From the NCBI GenBank assembly GCA_976551045.1, contig CDPCPM010000017.1:4774001-4838000 (forward strand): a DNA stretch of 64,000 bases, written 5' to 3'. Below are positions 54,148 through 64,000 of this stretch, piece after piece. How positions within the stretch are numbered: the stretch's first letter is position 1; each line of letters starts with the position of its first letter. This DNA is from Glaucostegus cemiculus (taxonomy: Eukaryota). The notes under the pieces were generated by a model, which saw nothing but the letters and a program-made list of their open reading frames with translations, ran no database searches and was not told the DNA's origin. The position numbers were made by a program, and so were the translations under genes.

Positions 54148-54430
54148 GCCTCAAGATTAGGGGGAATAGATTTGGGACAAAGATGAGGAGAAACTGCTTT
54201 TCCCCAGAGAGTAGTGAATCTGTGGAATTCTCTGCCCAAGGAAGCAGTAGAGGCTACCTTATTAAATATATTGAAGACACAGCTCAATAGATTTTTGCAT
54301 AGTAAGGGAATGAAGGGTTTTGGGGAAAGGTAGGTAGGTGGATGAGTCCATGGTCAGATCAGCCATGATCTTATTGAATGGCGGAGCAGGCTTGATGGGC
54401 CAGATGGCCTCCTCCTGCTTCATATGTTTT
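54148..54430 (+). mobile_element. CR1 LINE 3' end and UTR
   Basis: cagagagtagtgaatctgtggaattctctgccc (QRVVNLWNSLP), then agatcagccatgatcttattgaatggcggagcaggcttgatgggcc. Confidence 0.85.
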
Positions 54431-55282
54431 TTTGCCAGTTTAATACATCTGCAGGTAGCTGGTTACAGAGAAGCTTGGGAACAGCTTATTTGTCTGTCAG
54501 TGGGTTTCCTCTGATCATTCTCAAAAGGCACTGGCAGTTTGAACACAGGAAGTCAGATATAAAACACGCTGGAAGTACGATACAGAATGTTATATTTGAT
54601 GCGTAGCCTTAGAATTAGTGCTTTTATCAACAACTGCAGTAGCCAATCAATGGCAGAGGGACAGTGCATGTTGCTCACTACAAACAGCCTAATATGCAGC
54701 AAACACAGCTTCCTAATGGTCTAGAATCAATGGGGTCTCACATCCGACCCTTATACGAAGTCCAGCCATTGAGCCCGGTAACAGATGCAGCACTTGAAAG
54801 CACAGATGCAGATGCCTGAAACCTCAAGCAGCTGAGTGCCAGAGGATCCAAATGGAACTGCTGGCAAAACTCAGCAAGATATTGCCCGATACTAATTGCT
54901 CAGCCAATGCTGACAGCAAAATCTGCTTCAAATACTACTTCAGTAATTAAAATTACTGCAATAAATGGAACGCTCTTACGATAAGTATACGGTGGGCAGA
55001 TGATATTAAGTATTGGCCAAGTGAACTCTTCAACTGTAATAGATTTCCCATACCTTTGACAACTGAATGAGTGTTTAATTTATTAAATTATTAATTTGCA
55101 TCATCGTTCAATCCATATGTATTTGTGCAGTAAACATTTTATTGCTGTTCCAATAAATGGTTGAAAACAGACTCTTTTGGGTATCCCTTGGGCTTTGACT
55201 CCTTCAACAATCACATTACATTCCTTACAACTCACGTAAAACACTGACTCTTTTTTTTACAAATTACAAACTGCAAAATAAA

Positions 55283-55523
55283 TTCAAATCTGGCCACTGT
55301 CTGTAAGGAGTTTGTACGTTCTCCCCGTGTCTGTGTGGGTTTCCTCCGGGTGCTCCGTTTTCCTCCCACATTCCAAAGATGTACAGGTCAGGAATTTATG
55401 GACATGCTATGTTGGCACCGGAAGCATGGCGACACTTGCGGGCTGCCCCCAAAAATCACTACACAAAAGATGTATTTCACTGTGTGTTTCAATGTACATG
55501 TGACTAATAAAGATCTTATCTTA
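55283..55523 (+). mobile_element. 5'-truncated V-SINE with a different 3' tail
   Basis: ctgtaaggagtttgtacgttctcc...gtgggtttcctccgggtgctccg matches 31846-31900; tail tgtacatgtgactaataaagatcttatctta. Confidence 0.82.
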
Positions 55524-56434
55524 AATGGTTTTCACTCCTTAACACAAAATCATTTTCAAAGCTGTAGGCTTTAAAGTGGGCCCTAAAGAATGCAGATAGG
55601 TTGGGAGAGATTCAGAGTAAAAGTTGCAGAGCTTAAGTGGCTGAAGACATTGTCACAAAGTGCTGGGTGAAGTACAAGAGGGAGAGGAATGTAGAGTTCT
55701 GGCTTGGAAGAGTTTACCAAAGTAAGGAGAAGGCCTTGAAGGGATTTGGACAAGTGCACAAGAATGTGAATGCTTATCCATTGCCAGAGTGAAAGCCCCT
55801 GAAGGTCTGGCAGTACATCACTGTGGATGAAGGGAGAGTCAGATACATGACAGGATAGAGAGAACAGGGACTTGGCATTAAGTTGGCATTACAGAAAGTG
55901 GAACTGGAATGGTCAGGTCTGTTGGTAACAGTGTCATGGTTAATGGTTTCAGGAGCAGATGGCCGGTGCAAGTATTATTTTGGATGCAAGCAGCCTCTGA
56001 AGAGAACAGAAAACCTGTGGCTTGGCTCAAACTCAGCTCAGACCAGATGTCATACCAGCAGCCCAGCACTGCACAGCCAATGCACAGAAAGTGGACATTT
56101 CAACTGTCATTGGGTCTTATTTTAAGCTTCCCACCCAAAGAGACCAGACCAAGCGGAAGTGTGATTCTCACCAACTTCTGACACATCCTGGTCACCACAA
56201 TGTCAACAGCCACGTTTTCAGCAGTGGGAGACTGCCAGGCACAGGCAGGTAAGACATCATTTATCATTAAAGGTTTAATTGTGATGATGTCATTTGGACC
56301 AAAGCCATCAGTAACTTCGGCCATGCACATAACAAAGACTTTTCAATGTTTCAATGAAACAGCTGAATCCAGAATCAAGTCCAGAAAGGACCCAGGTAAC
56401 TTTGAAATGTTAAGATCCGTCATGAGCAGTAAAG

Positions 56435-56930
56435 CACTTTTGAGTCAAGCCTATCAGAGTCAGTTTTTATTGTCACTTCCATATACACATTCAGCATGCA
56501 CAGGAGCAAAATACTGTACTCCACAGATCAAGGTGCTGGTCACATTAAAAACAATGAGAGACACACAAAGACATTAACGACATTGGAACCGCCATAAATT
56601 AAGAAGAGAGTCGAATAAAAACATTCTTAGAATGAACATACTGTTGCAGCAGTCATTGGACACTGAAAAGTGCTGGTGCATTTCTGTATGCCTAGCATCC
56701 TTTGGTGCTGGAAGGAGGGATGGAGAGCAGCATTTTGCAGGAGTTCATGGTTCTGAATTGTGGGGAAAAAGCCATTGCACAGTCTGGTGGATCTTGCACG
56801 GATGCACTGGAGCCTCCTTCTGGATGGCAAGAGTGCAAAGAGGTGGTGGGAGTGGTGAGAAGGGTCAGACATTATGTTTGTGGCCTTTCTGACACATCGG
56901 TCCATATATATGTCCGCAATAGAGGGTAGA
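56435..56930 (-). mobile_element. Rex1/Babar-like LINE 3' fragment
   Basis: Minus ORF RKATNIMSDPSHHSHHLFALLPSRRRLQCIRARSTRLCNGFFP; tail gtgacaataaaaactgactctga. Confidence 0.8.
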
Positions 56931-57511
56931 GAGACACCTATAGTAATAATAAAGAGACCAAACTGACCCCTGGACCTGCTCTATCACACCTCCTTCCAGC
57001 CCCTTGCTGAATGAGACCCTTCTCCCACCTACCAACAGCCTTACCTTTCCACAAAGGGTTCAGGAGGAGTTTATCCTCTTAAATGGCGAGGAAGATGAGA
57101 TCACTGCAGCCTTGCACTGATGGAACCATGGGCACAAGTACTCAAACCCAGCCCCACACACCAAATTCACAGGATGTGATAAAATACAGGATGACATTAA
57201 TAAATTTGCAGAACATAATTGTAATTTGAAAATGAACTTCTAATATGCAAAGGTGAAACAATACATTTTAGTAGGAAGGTGAAAGAGGGCACAGCCTTTG
57301 GTGCAAATAGGTGTCCAATTAGGATTCGGGGAAGGAGCAAGGATGGACAAGGTGCAAAACAGAGTAATAATGCCATGAAAGATTAATTTCCACAAGGACA
57401 GAGTTGGACAGCATAGAAGTTACAACAAGAACACTGATTAAATTACAGTTACAGCAATCAACAGTTCCAGCTTCCATATTGTGAAAAAAATACCAGAAGT
57501 CCAGAGACACA

Positions 57512-57608
57512 GTAAAGGGTTTCAACCTGAAATGTCGACTGTTTATTTCCCTCCATAGATGCTGCCTGATCTGCTGAATTCCTCCAGCATTTTGTGTGTA
57601 TTGCTCCA
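57512..57608 (+). mobile_element. Penelope-derived tail fragment
   Basis: agggtttcaacct-GAAA-t-GTC-gactg (3' half of the hammerhead with an intact GUC), followed by the family tail. Confidence 0.7.
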
Positions 57609-59599
57609 AAAGTCCAGAGGAGTTGCAAAAAAAATATATATAATTTATGAGAATAATAGGAAAACCGGAGCTCTCTCTTGAAAAGAGAACACAGAAGAAT
57701 GATCCAAAAGTGCACAAGACTACGAAAGGATTAGATCAAAACATGTGCACTGGTGGGCAAAACAAGATTAAGAATAACAACAACCAGTAAATCTAAAACG
57801 AAACTGAAGAAAACCTTCTTTACTCTGCGGTTAGAACATACACCTCGCTGCTCCAGAGAGAACACAAGGCAGACAGTATAGATGCGTTCAGATGGAAGGT
57901 ATATTTACACAAGGGAAGGGCTGCTGGCACACACTGATGGAGTTGGATGGAAAAGTGGGAGGAGCTTTGTGTTGAGTGCAACATGAGCACACACCTGCTG
58001 GTGCATTATCCAGCTTCAGTGTTGTATAATACTTTGTAAAATCACGCCTGGTGTTCAATAAAACCATCTTCCTCAGCAGATCGAAAAAATGTGATCACCT
58101 TGTTGGCAATGAAAAAATGGTGATGGCAAAGAGAGTTAGTATTGTGCCTGGATGCAAGTGGGAATCAACTTCACTGTTGCTTTGGAAATGTGCAGAATCT
58201 TCTCTTACACTGGATGCTTACTTGCGATTGACAAAATGCAAGTCACAATATTGGATTATGGTGGTTGAACTGCATAAGATGTTGCTTCCAGAACCTAGCA
58301 ATGCTGTTCTGACCTCTCTCTACCAAGTCTACCTCTCTCTATGTAACACTCTCTTTAATTAACACGAAAGAAAATCCAAGGGGAAATGGCTAAATGTAGA
58401 GCAATTTTTACATTCATGCTTGGAGTAAGGCCATCATAGGAGACATTCTAAAATACACTTGTTACAGAACTAAAAGACAACAAGAAACCAAAGTTGACAG
58501 AGGTTTTCCATAGGAAGGGTTCAGAGATAGGGCAACATGTTGACTAAGTATTTATAGCTGCATTCACCCACCAAAAATATTTCCAGCTATTTCTGAATGA
58601 GACTTAAAATAATAGCTGATAAGAAAACATGGTTCTCCAAAAATTTTCATTGCTCCACATTTTCAGGTGTTTAGACTCTTTATTAACCTCTGGAATAAAT
58701 ACTGGCATGTTCTAACAATGTTTGTTTATTTATCATTGAACATCTTGATTTCCCTGGAGCTGAACTGTATCTTAGTGAAGTCACGTTCACAAAATTGCAA
58801 TTGTTCTGTGAGCACCTTATAGTCAATAAATATAAGGGCTATTTTTGTAACTACTGAGTCTACAATTACACATGTTTTCAAGCTTTATGTTCAGCAATTT
58901 ATTTTCTAGTTGTTTAGCATACTATTTACTGCATGGACAAAGGAGTTGCTTTTATAAATAAATTTAACTCTGCTAAGAACAGTCTGTTAAGGGGTCATGC
59001 AAATAAGATCAACCGTTTGGATAGACCAGGACAATACCAAAATGCATTGCTAGAGACAAGTATGATTAGGTGTTTTTCTGAAAGTACCAAAGTAATATTT
59101 TCCCTTTATCTTTGATACTTGAGCACTTGTTGACTTGTACTCTAGTGCCCCACTAATGGATTTTTCTTCAAGCTAATACTTTTTTTTGTTTCATCTGAAA
59201 CAATGACATACTTCTTAGACATTGTTCACTCTTAGCATTTCCAGAATTTATGATTTTGTTTATGTAAAACTGATGCATTCTATCCAATCATTTTGGTTAT
59301 TTAATCTTTTACACCATTCAAAAATAGTGACAATTCTGTTAAATAGGGGCTTGATAAATACAGCATTTATTTGACCCCACAACAGTTTTTTGATTCACCA
59401 TCTTCTTTCAATGTCTCTTCCTGGCTGTTCAACTTAATGAAATTATCCTTGCCTGATTTAATTCCAAACTCACCATGGCTTCTCCTTCCACCAAGCCTCA
59501 CATGAGTGAATAAATGTACTGAGAACAAAGGGCAAGATATTTCTTTAGCAGTCCTCCCCATTAGACTCTTAAGCCGAGACTATTACAAAGCAAACTGGC

Positions 59600-60362
59600 A
59601 ACCAATGTACTTCACCTGTGAATCTATCCATGTGATTTACTGCATCCGGTGCAGTCTGCTCTACATCAGTGAGACCTGGCACAGATTGGGGGACTGCTTC
59701 ATCAAATACCTTCACTCTGTCTGCTGCAACAGCCAGGATCTCCCAAAGGGTAGCCATTTCAATTCCACTTCCCATTTCCACACTGACATGTCTGTCCATG
59801 TCCTCCTCTACTGCCACATTGAGGACAAATACAGGTTGGAGGAGCAACACCAACTTGGTCATCTCCAACCTGACAGCATCAACCTCGATTTCTCCAACTT
59901 CCAGAAAACTCTGTTTCCCCCCCCCTTTGGTTTCCCTCCTTTCCCCACCCCCTTTCATTTCCCTCCATCCCACTTTGTTTTCCCTCATTCCTGTGGCCCC
60001 TTCACCCTTTCTCTTTCCCCACCCTCACCTCCTTCCCTTTATTTTACAGTCTATTGTCCTCTCCCATCAGATTCCTCCTTCTTCAGCCCTTTGCCTCTTC
60101 CACCTATCACCTCCCAGCTTCTCACATCATTCCCTTTTAACCCCTCCCCCTCACCTGGGCCCACCTATCACTTGCCAGCTTGTGCTCCTCTCCTTTCATT
60201 CTGACTTCTGCCCTCTTCCTTTCCAGTCCTGATGAAAGGTCTTGGCCCAGGATGTCAACTGTTCATTTCCCTCTGTTGATGCTGCCTGACCTGCTGAGTT
60301 CCTCCAGCATTTTGTGTGTGTTGCTCCAGATTTCCAGCATCTACAGTTTCTCCTGTATCTCT
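59600..60362 (+). mobile_element. Penelope-like retroelement 3' part: GIY-YIG endonuclease remnant, pyrimidine-rich tract, hammerhead-bearing tail
   Basis: ORF 59506-60204 contains FTCESIHVIYCIRCSLLYISET..RLGDCF...HFNSTSHFHTDMSV...RLEEQH...LQPDSINLDFSNF, a Penelope GIY-YIG pattern. CTGATGA at 60229-60235. Confidence 0.85.
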
Positions 60363-62700
60363 GTTGGCAACTAATGTATTACCATTCCTACCAGTAGCAG
60401 TTATCCAGACTATTTACTCCACAAAGGACAGTGCAATCGTCAGTAAGGATACATTTTTAGCTTCTTTCCATCTCCTGCTCACCTTGGTTATCTATGTCCT
60501 GCAGTCTTCAGGTATTGAAAAAGTCACGTCCTATGACCAATGAGCCATGTGATCTCACCAGTTGTCTTGAATTTTGCAGGGGTGCCTCTCAACATGTAAC
60601 AGCACAGGGCCTTTCCGACAATGCAGCACACTGCACTTGTGAATGACTTCAATGACTGGTGATGCTCCACCCATGGCTCAATGCCTGTCAAACTTCTCCA
60701 GGTGTTGATAATCTGAACTCCTCAATTGGATAATACAATTCCATACAAATAACTAATTTATATTAATGATGAGTTGAGGTATGAAGTGTCAGCATTTTCT
60801 GATTCGGATACTCTGTGTTCTATTAGCATTAACTAATTTCAGTTGTTACTGGTTACCACAAAAATTACGTAAATATTTTAACCAGTGAAATGACAGCCAG
60901 TAATATAGAGATACTCAAGACCAATACTAATCCAAATTAATTTTAAGAGCATACAAAACCATGCATTCCAAAACCTGTGTCATAGATCTGTAATATCCCC
61001 AACACTGCACTTGAAAATTTTGATGCAAGCTTTGTCCTTTGTGATTAAATCACCCTGAAGATTGAAAACATATGATTTGTCACAGTCACAGTCTCAGCTC
61101 AACAGAGCAATGGGAAGAACCAGTGAAGAAGTGCTTTGGCCTTCATTCCCAATACCTGTATTTTCTCACACAAGGCTTCACCACACCCATGCCCTTTCCA
61201 CAGTTTAAAAGCACTGATCAGATCAGAACTGCCTGTCAAATCACAGGCTAGAAGATTCCATTGCGACACTGAACACTATGGAGGGTCCCCACTGCAGCAG
61301 TGGCCTCCACTGAACTGACAAATGGACAATCAAAACATTGACAACAGGTTTAGCTGCACACTTACTAATCTCCCAATAAAGAGTGAAAGAGTCAAAATTG
61401 CTTGGTTGATAAATTGACAGAGCAAAGCTTTTTGTTACATTTACAACAACCATTTTACTGAATGATAAAAGGAGGCAACTACCTGTGCAAGATTATCCAA
61501 CATATTTTCATGAATTCATGCTGGAGTATTATTGGTACGAACATCCAATGGTAATATTACAAGTAAACTGCCAGCGGTTTGTTAAGGCTGGTTTTTCCCC
61601 AAACAAATGGAACTTCTGCACTGTAGTTCAAATTCTTGGCACAAAGTCGAAGGAAACTTGACCATCGCTTTTATCCTTCATCTTGAAGCCAAGCATTGGC
61701 ATCTCTGTCACACTCACCATTAACATCTCTGTCATTCACTCTCTCTCGGTGTCCACCCTATCGCAGCCATTCTCTTTGTTGTCCCCACCCTTCCCCCTTC
61801 TCAGCAATGTAAAAGATCTTTAGTGTCGATCCTTTCCCAATTCGAGTGAAAAGTCATTGAACTAAAATGTTAACTCTTGTTCCTTTCAATGCAATGCAGA
61901 TGCTGCCTGACCAGTATTTCCAGCACTTCTTAATTTTTATAATCCCTTAACTTTCAACTTTTACCTCACCCTCCCACTGCACCCGCTTTCCCATTCATCG
62001 CTACAAATCCTCCACAACCCCACTGTTTACTGGTTTTCCTTCCATTAATATTCATACCCCTCACCACTCAAGACAATTTCCCCAGCTTGACCCCTTCCAA
62101 ATGTCACATAAAACTTCACATTCAGCAAAACTACAAGCTACTGATTCTCAAAGCATTCAATTAGGGGGAATTTTAATCCAGCAAGATGCAGTGACAAGGT
62201 CTGCTTGGGATGGAAATAACTAGCATTTGTGCAAAATTCAACCCAAAGCCACAGTGCAAGCATTAACTTTGGTTTTAACAACTCAGCGTTTGGGGTCATT
62301 GAAATACTGGAGAGGTCCACGTTCTTAACATTCCGGCCACCAGTTAAATTTAAGGCTGGCATTCCAGGTTCAGGCAGCTTGTAAAACCTGGCAGTGGGAG
62401 TAGGTTTTTTTTATAATAAAATATTCCAATTTTTTCTTTATTAACTAACTATCACGTGATTATTAGAGTATTGGGATCCTAAGTATGATTTAACACAATG
62501 TATTCAGTGGTACTTTTACCCTCTTTTTTGATGCATGTATTCTGTATTTCTTTTTCATGGATTTAATAAAAATATTGTAAAAGAAAGAAAGTGTGGCAGC
62601 TGAAGAACTGTGGAGGAATCACTTGTGTTCCAAGAGCAGCAGCAAAATTTTTCATCTTCTCAAACACATCTTATGCATGATTGACAGCAAATGTGCCGCC

Positions 62701-62861
62701 CCTTCCTGCTGTTCTGCATGCCTGCAATGTTGCCCAGTACCTTCCTGCTGTTCTGCATGCCTGCAATGTTGCCCAGTACCTTCCTGCTGTTCTGCATGCC
62801 TGCAATGTTGCCCAGTACCTTCCTGCTGTTCTGCATGCCTGCAATGTTGCCCAGTACCTTC
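62701..62861. repeat. Tandem repeat, 39-bp unit x4
   Basis: ccttcctgctgttctgcatgcctgcaatgttgcccagta starts at 62701, 62740, 62779 and 62818; copies are identical. Confidence 0.97.
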
Positions 62862-63639
62862 TCCCTTTCAATCACCAATCCACCTTTTGATAAAATAGCC
62901 ATTGTGAACAAATCACTGAACAGCATCATAACTGATCTCCTAATCCTCTATTTGATGCATGAAAAGCACATTAAATCCAGATGCTCTAAGAATTGCAAAA
63001 ATCATATGTACTGCTTCCAATAAATAGCAAAAATAAGCCAGAGAATTTAGCAATTTTGGGAGCATGATGTTGTTATAGATACTTTCCATCACCAAAAGTA
63101 TTTGAGAGCATTTCGTAAAAGTAATCCTATTCTCAGACATGATAAAATACACAGGCATTCACCAAGTGATATAATGACTAGTTATTTCAACAGCTGGAGC
63201 TCTTCAAAGAAAGTTTACCCTCAGGTCCATTTTAAGTGTCACAGCACTTACAGAGAACAAGGAAGTTGATCAGCTATTTAGAAAAAGTTGAAAACAAGTT
63301 CAGACTATCCTAAGAATTAATGAATAGTTTTATTAATGTCATGATGTGAAATAGTCACATTTTTGATCTGCTCATATCTGTCAAAAATTAAATCGATACA
63401 TTACAATTTGTCATATTATTGTGTTTGAAGGGGTCTCCCATAAATTATCCCTTCAATGCAAGTTTCTACCATGGTAAGACATCACATCCCTTCAGGTTGT
63501 TCATCCTACAAGTACAGTTGCTGATTACCACTTTGTAATGCCTCACTGATCCACCACTTGCTGCATGTAGTAGTTACATATTCAAGCTTTAACAACACAT
63601 TATCTGCATGCATTTGTCATCTAAACAAATGTACCTCTT

Positions 63640-63870
63640 TGTTTTTGGTCAACTATGCATGAATATACTTGACCAAATGTGGCATGAGGCAAATAAAACT
63701 GAAGAAATGAATGCACGGCTCAGAGAGTGGTGTAGTCAAAGCGGGTTCCAGTTTGGGGACACTAGCGGCAGTGGAAAATGTGTCATTTCAATGGTCTGCA
63801 CCTGATCCTTGCTGGGACTAGTGTTCTAGTGAGCTCCGTAACTAGGGTAGTAATGAAAAACTTAAACTAA
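63640..63870 (+). mobile_element. CR1 ORF1 (esterase) fragment
   Basis: NARLREWCSQSGFQFG and aatggtctgcacctga (DGLHL-like) parallel the ORF1 end at 50990-51165. Confidence 0.6.
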
Positions 63871-64000
63871 ATGGGATCAAAATGGAAAGATGAGGGAAAT
63901 CAAGGAGTAGAGACAAGGCTAGATCAAATAATATTAATTGAAGCAAAAAGCTGCAAGTTCTGGGAACCCAAATCAAAAAGTGAAAATACTGAAAACATTC

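Noticed and set aside
50410-54430. Active autonomous CR1 or a domesticated esterase gene
   Set aside because: Multiple stops and frameshifts, two foreign segments, and a missing RT core.
62593-62898. Cys-rich keratin-associated or metallothionein-like gene
   Set aside because: The pattern comes from four identical 39-bp units; the ORF starts at a non-ATG codon and has no supporting gene structure.
49012-64000. First coding exon and promoter of the copine gene
   Set aside because: I found no segment encoding an ...IPATRVEVSVSC-like peptide and no CpG island. ORF 62138-62362 was considered and does not match. The exon probably lies beyond the window.

Overview
AT-rich vertebrate genomic DNA. 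The repeat content (CR1 LINEs, V-SINEs, Rex/Babar, Penelope) points to a cartilaginous fish; that is an inference. The whole window lies inside one minus-strand gene, a copine best matching CPNE8. Five short coding exons missed by the ORF track (48971-49011, 32284-32330, 30374-30477, 20088-20127, 17865-17941) splice in frame into the C2A domain; I did not find the first exon or the downstream exons in the window. The rest is intronic and full of decayed retroelements. Highlights: (1) a 2.6-kb two-unit minisatellite (10997-13585) with a strict (B A^n) grammar, which explains the three ~900-aa ORFs; (2) a dispersed family of short, often palindromic Penelope-derived elements carrying decayed minimal hammerhead ribozyme cores, plus a Penelope GIY-YIG source fragment; (3) a near full-length CR1 with nested and chimeric Rex/Babar pieces; (4) an unexplained 38-bp inverted repeat pair at 2586/3281. 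All calls were made by eye, and repeat boundaries are approximate unless a TSD or TIR is quoted. I see no convincing evidence of a new protein-coding system.
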